NCBI GenBank assembly: GCA_963845755.1
Contig: CAWJTV010000015.1
Coordinates: 213,306-277,305, forward strand
DNA length: 64,000 nucleotides
Direction of reading: 5' to 3'
Origin: an uncultured Planctomycetota bacterium
Lineage (GTDB): Bacteria > Planctomycetota > Planctomycetia > Isosphaerales > Isosphaeraceae
Below the pieces are notes generated by a model, which was not told the origin of the DNA, searched no databases, and saw only the letters and a list, made by a program, of their open reading frames with translations. How positions within the stretch are numbered: position 1 is the first letter of the stretch; each line of letters opens with the position of its first letter. This document shows positions 20,174 to 29,017 of this stretch, in pieces. Position numbers and translations under genes: made by a program.

Positions 20174-20798
20174 CTAACCGCCCGCATCGACAAACGGCCC
20201 GAACCAATCGAGCCGGTAAGTGAGGTCTAAGAGGAGTTCGTCGTAAGTCACGCAGAAGATCCGCTTGGAATTGACGATGACGTGCTCGCGTCGCCAACGC
20301 AGGCGGTCATCCTCACCGGTATTCATGTGCTGGTCACGGCCGATCACCAGGACCCCCGTATAATCGATCGCCGCGCCTCCCGCATCGGGCCTCCATCGTG
20401 GCCGTACCAGTCATGTCCTGGAGCTTGTAGAACCAGTCGACGACCTGGGAGAATCCGTGCTCGAAGCGCGGGCTCCACTCCCGGGTGGACTTGTCGCCGT
20501 GCTTGACGAACAAGCTGCGTGGTCCCGCATCCTCAAACTCGACGAAGGTGCAAGCGCGCGTCACCGAGTCGGCGATCGCCAGGTCGCGACGAAACTCCCC
20601 GAAGAGGGGGTACTCGTAGGCCATGAGGTCGAGCCGTTTCACTGCAGGTGTGTGGGGCCCGATCAGGGCTGTCGCATGTGGCCGCGACCGGAAGAAGTCA
20701 CGGAAGGCGGCTTCCTTCAAGTGGGCATGCGATTCCAGAAGCACCCGGAACTCCTCAACCTCGGCGTGGGCAGCGCGGGGATCGAGCACGTGAGGCAC
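20174..20798 (-). CDS. DUF4263/Shedu (SduA)-like PD-(D/E)XK nuclease domain; indel near 20380
   Basis: YEYPLFGEFRRDLAI..FVEFED..FEHGFSQVVDWF, then GVLVIGRD..RLRWR..CVTYDELL. Confidence 0.75.
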
Positions 20799-20827
20799 GA
20801 AGTCGGGCTTGGGACGACGCCCTCCCC

Positions 20828-21118
20828 TTACTTGGCCCCAGCGATCGTTTGCAGCGTCTCATGGTGGACGATGTCGGCAACCTCCAGGGGCCGGCCGGGG
20901 CGCAAGGAGATCAGGATCCTCCAGCCCCCATCGATCGGTATCACGTAGAACGTCTCCGACACGCCCGGCCTCCTGGCCACGCGCGCGGGCCACTCGCTCG
21001 GAGGGAGCTTGGCGAGGGTCTCCAGCTTCGCTCGGATCGCCGCCTGGTCGGCCTCCGGCAATTGATAGAATGCGTTGAATGCGCGATAATGCAGCCCGAA
21101 TCCAGCGATTTCCATCAT
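20828..21118 (-). CDS. RelE/ParE-like small protein
   Basis: 96 aa: FYQLPEADQAAIRAKLETLA..FYVIPIDGGWRILISL..EVADIVHH; GAGGAGG RBS; no adjacent antitoxin seen. Confidence 0.55.
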   Translation of the reverse strand: MMEIAGFGLHYRAFNAFYQLPEADQAAIRAKLETLAKLPPSEWPARVARRPGVSETFYVIPIDGGWRILISLRPGRPLEVADIVHHETLQTIAGAK

Positions 21119-21283
21119 CGGCCTCCTCAGCCTCGACCCCGCACCGTTTCTTCTCGGGGCGGACGTCTGCCCACCGGACTCCATTCTACGTCAGGATTCC
21201 CACCCCGCTCAAGGTCGGGTGTCGTTCGGCGCTGCTCGACGAAGCGGCGACGATCGGTACGCGGCCAGCCGGCAGCGGCGGAA

Positions 21284-22224
21284 GGCCGCGGCGCCGCGCA
21301 AGCGGATCTCGGAAGTCCGGTTCGAGGAGAACCGGGAGCTGCTCGAACCGTTCCTGGCGACGATCGCCGCCTTCGGGCGGTTGCCGGAGGCCGACGAATG
21401 CGCGCAGGCCGCCGAGGTCGTGGCCCGATTCGGCTCGCTCAAACGGGCCTTCGCCCTCGTCAAGCGGGTCACCGGCGCCGACGAGTGGGACGCGATCGCC
21501 CGGCGCAGGCACCGAGGACTTGCTCGTCTACCTGGCCCTGGGCCGGTTCCGGCGCCGGCCGCCGATGTCCGTCCTGCCGATCGGCCTCCCGCGGGACATC
21601 CGGGCGTTCTTCAGCAGCTATGCCAATGCCTGCCGCCTGGCCGACGAGCGGCTGTTCCAGGCCGGCGACGCCGCGGCCGTCGACGACGCCTGCCGACGCT
21701 CGGACGTCGGCAAGCTCCTGCCCAACGCCCGGTATCTCCACCGCAGCGCCCTGGAATCGCTCCACCCGCTACTCCGCGTCTCCGAGGGCTGCGCCCGGGC
21801 CTATCTCGGCGAGGTCGAGGGTGCGAACCTGATCAAGCTGCACCGCCAATCGGGCAAGGTGTCGTACCTCGTCTACCCCGACTTCGAGACCGATCCCCAC
21901 CCGGCCCTGTTGCGGAGCATCAAGCTGAACCTGCGCACCCGCGAGATTGAGAGCAGCGATTACGCCCAGAGCGCGAACCCGCCGGTCCTCCACCGCAAGG
22001 AGACGTTCCTGCTGCCCGATCATCCTCTGCGCCCGAAGTTCGAGCGGCTGACGCGCCAGGAGGAGCGAGCCGGCCTGCTGGACGAAACGGCCACGATCGG
22101 CACGCGGGACGGTTGGGAGGCACGCTTGCAAGAGAGGGGGTTCACGATTCGCGGGCATCGCTTGATACGACGGGTTTCACGACCGCCCGATGACGAGTCA
22201 GATCAGAGTGATGTAGACTGCTGA
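21284..22224 (+). pseudogene. Repeat unit 5 (longest) of the Dnd-associated methyltransferase 3' fragment, preceded by a ~33 bp remnant (LLDEAATIGTR) at 21231-21263
   Basis: APRKRISEVRFEENRELLEPFLATIAAFGRLPEADEC...; 3' tail same as unit 2. Confidence 0.82.
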
Positions 22225-22242
22225 ACCATCGTCGTTAACCAC

Positions 22243-22671
22243 TTACCTCGTCCAGTCTTCGGTGACGAGGTTTGGGACTCTGGCGAAGTCCCCCGTATTA
22301 CGAGTCAGCAACACCAAGGCGCGCGATAGCGCGATCGAGGCGATCCGCAGGTCCATCGTGTCACCGCGAATCGGCGGCCGTCCAGCCCATCGAAGACCGC
22401 CGCGGCGGCTACATCGAACGGCACGACGGGAGCCGCCGCGAATTGCCTTAGGATCCTGGCGAGCATGCTATATCCCCGCACGATGTCCTCGGCCTTCCGG
22501 GCCCGATTGATGTAAGTATGGGCCCCCAGGGCCTGCTCGTGGAAGCTCACGATGGAGAACCCCAGGTCGGACCGAGATTCTTGACGAATGCGGGCTGACA
22601 GCGTGGCATACTCCTCGGCCGGATTGCCGCTGAAGGATGCTGATGTGATCGGTGTCCAGCAAGTACTTCAC
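22243..22671 (-). CDS. vapC: VapC/PIN toxin, second copy (indels)
   Basis: Near-identical to 16445-16873 with point substitutions. Confidence 0.82.
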
Positions 22672-22880
22672 GGCACGATGTCCTCGACGGATCGCTCTCC
22701 CTCTCGAATCGCCCGGCCGTATGCAATCACCTCGTCAAAAGCTGGCTCATCTTTGAACGAACCGATGACCTGTTCCAGCCAATCCGGAGCCGGCGGCTGG
22801 ATCAAAAGGTGCTCTCGAAGTTCGGCAACCGCAGCCTCCACGGCCGCGAGACGCTCTTCAACCGTTGTGTCCACAGGCAT
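22668..22880 (-). CDS. Putative antitoxin, second copy
   Basis: Ends REGERSVEDIVP* overlapping the vapC GTG. Confidence 0.78.
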   Translation of the reverse strand: MPVDTTVEERLAAVEAAVAELREHLLIQPPAPDWLEQVIGSFKDEPAFDEVIAYGRAIREGERSVEDIVP

Positions 22881-23132
22881 GAGAGCTGCGACCCCCTCGT
22901 GCCTCCTCAGGTGATCCCGCTTTTGTTCCATACTCCCATCGGCTGAGAGCCGCATTCAGCTCGGTCGAGTTTCACGGGATAGGGCGGAAACCCTCCTCCT
23001 AAGATAACTCGGTCTCCCAAATCTAGCGAGCCCACCGACTCGATCAAGCCCCGTTGAGATCTCGAACGAGTCTCGAGAGGATGCCGGACGGCATTGATCG
23101 CGGGGCGAGAGCTGTTTCGGGTTGCCAAGGGA

Positions 23133-23448
23133 GCGGTTGCCGGATGCCGTCGAATGCGCCGCCGGTCGCCGCGATCGTGGCCCGGTTCGGCTCGCTCAAG
23201 CGGGCCTTCGCCCTGGTTAAGCGGGTGACCGGCGCCGAGGACTGGGACGCGATCAGCCGGCGCAGCACCGAGGACCTGCTCGTCTACCTGGCCCTGGGCC
23301 GGTTCCGGCGACGGCCGCCGATGTCCGCTTCGCCGATCGGACTCCAGCGGGACATCCGGGCGTTCTTCGGCAGTTATGCCAACGCCTGCCGCCTTGCCGA
23401 CGACCGGTTGTTCCCGGCTGGCGACGCCGTGGCTGTCGATGACGCCCC
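23133..23448 (+). pseudogene. Repeat unit 6 of the methyltransferase fragment, truncated at both ends; right border of the array
   Basis: ARFGSLKRAFALVKRVTG..QRDIRAFFGSYANACRLADDRLF..VDDA, then homology stops. Confidence 0.8.
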
Positions 23449-23580
23449 GCCGCCGCTCGGCCGTGGATAAGCTGTCCGAATTGGGTGACGAGCGGGAAGG
23501 GTCATTGACCCTGGTCGATAATGGCTTGAGAGATCGAGATCGTTGATTTGGCAGGTCCAGGTGGATGGAGATCGAGGTTG

Positions 23581-24825
23581 ATGGCGACGAATGAGAGCAT
23601 GAAGACGATGGTCACGCCGCAGGCGACCGAACAGGGGACTGTGGTCGCCGTTCTGCTGGCGCTCAGTGTATCCCATTTGCTCAATGATACGATGCAATCG
23701 CTCCTCCCGGCGGTGTATCCGATCATGAAGGCACGGTATGCCCTCAGTTTTACCCAGGTCGGACTGATCACCTTCGTCTTCCAGGTGACCGCCTCGCTCC
23801 TTCAGCCGGTCGTGGGCTTTTCCACCGACCGCCGGCCACGGCCGTACTCGCTCGCCTGCGGGATGGTTTTCACGCTCGTCGGTTTGATCCTCCTGTCGGT
23901 CGCAGGCAGTTTCTCCGCAATCCTGCTCGCTGCCGGACTGGTGGGAGTCGGTTCGTCGGTGTTCCATCCGGAGGCATCGCGGGTCGCTCGGCTGGCGTCG
24001 GGCGGCCGGCACGGGTTTGCCCAATCGTTGTTCCAGGTCGGAGGGAATGCCGGGTCGGCGATCGGACCGCTCCTGGCCGCATTCGTCGTCGTCCCGTGGG
24101 GCCAGTCGAGCATCGCCTGGTGCTCGGTCGCTGCCCTGATCGCGATGACCGTGTTATTCGCCGTCGGCCGGTGGTATGAGCAGCATCTCTCGATGGCGAG
24201 GGCGAGGCCGCGCGCGGGGCACGATTCGGGACGGGTCGGACCGTCGCGGACCCGCGTCATGTCGGCGGTCGGCATCCTCCTCCTGCTGGTCTTCTCGAAG
24301 TACTTCTACCTGGTGAGTCTGAGCAGCTATTACACCTTCTACCTGATCGACCGGTTCGGCGTGTCGGTCCCGACGGCCCAGATCCTCCTGTTCGTTTTCC
24401 TCGGTTCGGTGGCGGCAGGAACCCTGGCCGGCGGGCCGGTCGGAGATCGGATTGGCTTCAAGGCGGTGATCTGGGTGTCGATCCTCGGGGTCCTACCGTT
24501 CACGCTGGTACTGCCTTCCGCCAACCTGTTCTGGACGGGCGTGCTGACCGTCCCGATCGGGGTGATTCTCGCCTCGGCCTTCTCGGCCATCATCGTCTAT
24601 GCCCAGGAACTATTGCCCAGCCGCGTCGGGACGGTTGCCGGCCTGTTCTTCGGGTTCGCGTTCGGCATGGGCGGTCTCGGAGCGGCCCTCCTGGGCCGGC
24701 TGGCCGACTACACGAGCATCGCCTTTGTCTATCGCGTCTGCTCGTTCCTGCCCCTGATGGGGCTCTTGACTGGCTTCCTCCCCAATCTGGACAGAGGACC
24801 GTCCCGGTCCGGTGAGTCGAGATAA
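23581..24825 (+). CDS. fsr: MFS transporter, fosmidomycin-resistance (Fsr) family
   Basis: SHLLNDTMQSL, ASLLQPVVG, GSSVFHPEASRVAR..GGRHGFAQSLFQVGGN, SAFSAIIVYAQEL, GLFFGFAFGMGG. Confidence 0.88.
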   Translation: MATNESMKTMVTPQATEQGTVVAVLLALSVSHLLNDTMQSLLPAVYPIMKARYALSFTQVGLITFVFQVTASLLQPVVGFSTDRRPRPYSLACGMVFTLVGLILLSVAGSFSAILLAAGLVGVGSSVFHPEASRVARLASGGRHGFAQSLFQVGGNAGSAIGPLLAAFVVVPWGQSSIAWCSVAALIAMTVLFAVGRWYEQHLSMARARPRAGHDSGRVGPSRTRVMSAVGILLLLVFSKYFYLVSLSSYYTFYLIDRFGVSVPTAQILLFVFLGSVAAGTLAGGPVGDRIGFKAVIWVSILGVLPFTLVLPSANLFWTGVLTVPIGVILASAFSAIIVYAQELLPSRVGTVAGLFFGFAFGMGGLGAALLGRLADYTSIAFVYRVCSFLPLMGLLTGFLPNLDRGPSRSGESR

Positions 24826-24920
24826 CTCGCCAGCACGCGTCAAGAAGTCGGTTACTGAGCGTTGCGTGAAAAACGAAACCTCGTGCCCAAGAGTGGACAC
24901 TCCGAAGCGATCACGACGCT

Positions 24921-24970
24921 GTGACCACGGTCGTGAGACCGTGACCACGGTCGTGAGACCGTGACCACGG
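24921..24970. repeat. 20-bp tandem repeat x2.5
   Basis: GTGACCACGGTCGTGAGACC repeated exactly. Confidence 0.85.
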
Positions 24971-25317
24971 CGCGGGCTCTCGGACAGCCAGGTGGGGATC
25001 TGCGAGAACTCGACAAATGTCGGCATCAACGAGCCTGAACGAGACTGCATCGAATGACCAGGAATCCGATGACCGCGATCAAGCCCTGGAGACCCTCGAT
25101 GTGGAGTATTGGAGGACCTGAGGGTTCTGGCCTGAGGTGAAATCGGCCAGCGGAAAGCCTGTCGCGCAAGAGTGGAGGTCGGTCAACGGATCGACCGAAT
25201 TGTAATTAATACAATGAGTTATGGCACGCCAGATGCTCGGTGAGATCTGCCGTGTTCAGGCGGTGTCGCCTGGTTCCCATGCGACCACACAACCCCTCTT
25301 GGTGTTGGAGTACGAAC

Positions 25318-25797
25318 ATGTGCCGATCGCTTTCCGCCACGCTCTTGACGCTTTCTCTGATCTCGTCCGCAGCCTTCGCCCAGGACAGCCCGGGCCCGCT
25401 CCGTCGAGCCGGGCAAGCCCTCGATAACGCCGGCAAGAACATTCGCGCCCGAGTCGAGACCGAGATCACACGCGGCCAGATCGCCGTCCAGGAGCGCGAC
25501 CTGCTGACCCGCGTCACCCGGCGGATCGAGTGGGATAAACGATTTGTCGGCTCGACGCTGAGAATCGAGGTTCAGGCGGGCGGAGCTGTGATCCTTCGGG
25601 GATCGGTCATCAACGATACCGTCAAACTGCGGGCAGTCGATCTGGTCGAGAATACGATCGGCGTCACGAGCGTCGTCGATGAGCTGGCGGTGGTCAAGGA
25701 GGTCAAGGTCATCAAGAGCAAGCCGGCGGCCACGGTGATCGAGGTGACGCCGCCGATCACTGTCCCGGCTGAGACCAAGGTCATCGTGAAGCCTTGA
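25318..25797 (+). CDS. Secreted BON-domain protein
   Basis: Signal peptide (..SSAAFAQD), VILRGSV..AVDLVENTIGVTSVVDEL. Confidence 0.8.
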   Translation: MCRSLSATLLTLSLISSAAFAQDSPGPLRRAGQALDNAGKNIRARVETEITRGQIAVQERDLLTRVTRRIEWDKRFVGSTLRIEVQAGGAVILRGSVINDTVKLRAVDLVENTIGVTSVVDELAVVKEVKVIKSKPAATVIEVTPPITVPAETKVIVKP

Positions 25798-26055
25798 ACG
25801 CCGCGGACTCGATAATCTGTCGCCAGATGCCCGGAGATAGCAGACGAGAAGCCACGTTGAGTGGGTCCAACACTGCGGCGCGGAGTGAGGCCCACCGAGC
25901 GAATCCGGTGGGCCTCGCCTCGATGAATCGAGGCTCGACCCACTCTACGACATGACGGGATCGTATCCTCGGTTCGGTAGCAACACGACCGGTCGTGGTA
26001 TAGAATCGACTCGTGTTTTGCCGCCGATCATGATTCCTTGCCGGGGGTTGAATCC

Positions 26056-27105
26056 ATGGTTCGCGCATCGGGGTTCGCGGTGGTTTTTCTGGGTCTTTGC
26101 CTGATACGGCTAGGACATGCCGACGAACCAGCTTCGATTCCTCGTGCGACACCCCAGCAAGTCCAGAAGACGGTCGAGCGCACCATCGGATACATGCAGG
26201 CCGAAAGCGCCGCCTGGTTGAACACGCGCAAGTGCGCCGCTTGCCATCACGTGCCGATGGTGCTCTGGTCGCTGAGCGAAGCCGAACGGCAAGGTTACGC
26301 GATCGACAAGAAATTCGTGATGGAGACGGCCGAGGCCACGCTGGGCAGTCCGGAAAAGATGATCGCAGCGAAGTTGTTCGACGATCCGTCCGCTCCACCC
26401 GACCCGCGCCCCCTCGGCAAGGGCGTAAAGATCGGCACCGCGTTCATGGCCGTCGCGGCGCGGTCGTTGCGCTCGCTCGAGGCGGGACAAAAGCAAAGTC
26501 TCAGGCGGATCGCCGACGAGATCGTCAGGAAGCAGCGCGACGACGGCTCGTGGGAGTTTTTCCTCAGTCGACCGCCGATCAACGAGAGCGAGACCACCGA
26601 CGCCGTCTGGCTCATCATGGCCTTGCAGGGCGAAATGGGACCGGACGCGTCGGAATCGCAGCGCGCGGCGCTCGCGAAAGCGATGGCCTGGCTGGCCGGC
26701 ACCAGGCTGCCCGACAACCTTCAAGACAAGGTCTTCAAGGTCCTGTTGGCGGCTCGCGCCGGCAAATCCCGCGACGAGATGCAAACCACGATCGATGAGT
26801 TGCTTGCCCTTCAACGAGCCGACGGGGGCTGGAGCCAGAAAGCCGAGATGACGAGCGACGCCTATGCCACCGGCCAGACGCTGTACGTCCTCTCGCTCGC
26901 CGGTTACACGGCCGATCGACCCGATATCAAGCGAGCCATCGACTTCCTCGTCGCCACGCAAAAGCCCGATGGCAGTTGGCCGATGACTTCGCGGTCCACT
27001 CCAGACGGCAGGCCCGGGGGGGCGAAGTTATTGACGCCCATCACCTGCGCCGCCAGTGCTTGGGCCACACTGGGTCTGGCACGACTCGCGCCGAAACGGT
27101 CATAA
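26056..27105 (+). CDS. Secreted prenyltransferase/squalene-cyclase-repeat protein
   Basis: QW-type repeats QRDDGSW, QRADGGW, QKPDGSW; SDAYATG; N-terminal CAACHH. Confidence 0.75.
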   Translation: MVRASGFAVVFLGLCLIRLGHADEPASIPRATPQQVQKTVERTIGYMQAESAAWLNTRKCAACHHVPMVLWSLSEAERQGYAIDKKFVMETAEATLGSPEKMIAAKLFDDPSAPPDPRPLGKGVKIGTAFMAVAARSLRSLEAGQKQSLRRIADEIVRKQRDDGSWEFFLSRPPINESETTDAVWLIMALQGEMGPDASESQRAALAKAMAWLAGTRLPDNLQDKVFKVLLAARAGKSRDEMQTTIDELLALQRADGGWSQKAEMTSDAYATGQTLYVLSLAGYTADRPDIKRAIDFLVATQKPDGSWPMTSRSTPDGRPGGAKLLTPITCAASAWATLGLARLAPKRS

Positions 27106-27171
27106 GGCGGACTGGCTCCTGCCCTCGACTTCCCGCGGAATCGTCTCCAGATCCCTTGCTCTACGCGCCTG

Positions 27172-28818
27172 TCAGTGATGCAGGAACCCCGTGGAGCGAT
27201 CGACGGCGGTGGGGACGGCCCTGGCCTGGGCTCGCCCGTGAGAACTGCTGATCCGCACGGTCTTCGAGGCGAGGTAGCCATCGTCATCGACCTGGATCGT
27301 GTAGGTGCCGGGGATGAGCTTCTTGATGCCCGGTTGATTCGCCTTGCCTGACCAAGTCGTTGTCAGCTTGACAGTCTGACCGTGCTTGATCGGCGTGAAG
27401 GCGCGGAGGGTCCGACTCGATTCATACACTTCGGTCAACCCCTCCAGGACGGTGATCTGTGCGACGTTCTTGCTCGCTTTCAAGGCGATATGTTTGGCGC
27501 TGGCGTCCTTCAGAGTGAGCGCGATGCGGACGCTCTCTCCGATCTTGTAGCGACCTCGGTCCGTCGAAAGCGTCGCCACGACGTCTGGTGTACTCGAACC
27601 TGTGAGGTTCTGACCCGAGGTCGTTGCTTGGGATGAGATCTGGAACGTGGCGACGTCCGCGTTGGGATCGAAGTTGTCGGAAACGGTGAATACCCCCGTG
27701 GGGTTGCCCGCGGAGCCTTGATTGGGAATCCCGTCCCAGGTCACGGTCTGAGAATACGACTGCCCGGGCTGGAGCGTCGACCAGCTCTCCGTGTTCGGAT
27801 CCGCCCAGTTCCAGGTCGTTTCCCAGATGATCGTTCCATTCTGCATGACCTGGAATTCCGGCGTGCCGATGATGATCGGGACTGGCTGATTGCCGGCATT
27901 GGTCTCCGTGAACACCAGAGTTACCGGCTGGCCGGGATTGTATATGGGCTGATCCGTCGTGACGCTCGTAATCAGATCGTCCTGACTCGGTGGCGTGATT
28001 TCGAACGTCGTTGAGAGAGGAGTCGGGACGAAGGGCGGATCGTATTCGACGACGAAGTTACCCGTCGGATAGCCTTGGGAGTAGGCAACAGGCTCGGGGA
28101 GGTAGTCCGTCCCCGCCAGGTAATTCGGATGGTAACCCGGAATGCCATTCCAGGTAAAGGATGTCGTGAGTGCCTGACCTGCATCGATCGGCGACGAGAA
28201 CGGGGGTGCCCAAAGTTGCAGAGTATCCGCAATGACAGACGTTCCTTTGTAGAGGATGTTGACCTCGGAGATGTCCCACGAGGGAAGCCAGACAGTTTGG
28301 TCGGACGTGTTCGTCTCCGTGATCGATATCTGGATGGTCTGTCCAAGCTGATAGACCGACTGGTCGGTCGTAAGCGTATATGCGAGCGGATCGGTGATCT
28401 GGAAGGTCGCGTTCATGCCTTGCGGGCCATTCGGGTTCGAGACGGTGAATGTTCCGAAATTGTTGAAGGCATCGGTGGTTGTCGTCGGGGGCGAACCGAG
28501 TTGTTCAGGGATCATTCCATCCCAGCTCGCCGTTTGCGAAATGGATTGTCCCGACAGGAGCGTTTCCGATGTCGGCGATTGACCGGCATTGGCAGGGTCC
28601 GACTGCCAGATCGCGCTGTTATTCTCCGCGATGGTGAAATCCGTCGGACTAACCTCGACCGTGACCGGCTGGTCGCTGACGTTGGTCTCGGTGAAGGTCA
28701 ACTCGATTGGCTGTCCGACCTGATAAGTGGGCTGATCGGTGGTCAGGCTGTAAGACAAGGATGAGAGCAGCGCTCGTCCTTCGAGTCGTTCGACATCTGG
28801 CACGGTACGACGGGCCAT
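27172..28818 (-). CDS. Planctomycete secreted protein with four Ig-like/BsuPI-like repeats
   Basis: ERLEGRALLS planctomycete motif; repeats TTDQPxYxxGQPIxLTFTETN...SQTxxWDG. Confidence 0.75.
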   Translation of the reverse strand: MARRTVPDVERLEGRALLSSLSYSLTTDQPTYQVGQPIELTFTETNVSDQPVTVEVSPTDFTIAENNSAIWQSDPANAGQSPTSETLLSGQSISQTASWDGMIPEQLGSPPTTTTDAFNNFGTFTVSNPNGPQGMNATFQITDPLAYTLTTDQSVYQLGQTIQISITETNTSDQTVWLPSWDISEVNILYKGTSVIADTLQLWAPPFSSPIDAGQALTTSFTWNGIPGYHPNYLAGTDYLPEPVAYSQGYPTGNFVVEYDPPFVPTPLSTTFEITPPSQDDLITSVTTDQPIYNPGQPVTLVFTETNAGNQPVPIIIGTPEFQVMQNGTIIWETTWNWADPNTESWSTLQPGQSYSQTVTWDGIPNQGSAGNPTGVFTVSDNFDPNADVATFQISSQATTSGQNLTGSSTPDVVATLSTDRGRYKIGESVRIALTLKDASAKHIALKASKNVAQITVLEGLTEVYESSRTLRAFTPIKHGQTVKLTTTWSGKANQPGIKKLIPGTYTIQVDDDGYLASKTVRISSSHGRAQARAVPTAVDRSTGFLHH

Positions 28819-29017
28819 GGGGTCGCTCCTGGATGCGCCGTGATTTGATCGTAACGTTAATTCTACAGACGTAGTCGGAATCGTGCAACCAAGCCGGCCA
28901 AGCGAGCCTCGCGGATTGCACAATCCGTTCCCATCGCTCGACCTGCCGGGACGGAGACCTTATCCGGGTACAGATCGGGCCAGGTTGTTATGACCTTCGC
29001 TTCGTGGAGGCAGACGG

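Noticed and set aside
13846..22224. Diversity-generating retroelement (TR/VR pairs)
   Set aside because: No reverse transcriptase seen; the differences I examined are not adenine-specific and many are synonymous
13846..23448. Classical integron or CRISPR interpretation of the array
   Set aside because: No tyrosine recombinase/intI or cas genes in the window and no attC-type ends recognised; repeats are 0.3-0.9 kb coding fragments and cargo lies on both strands
26230..26250. CAACH as a c-type heme site in the prenyltransferase-repeat protein
   Set aside because: A single motif with no cytochrome context; heme binding cannot be supported from sequence alone
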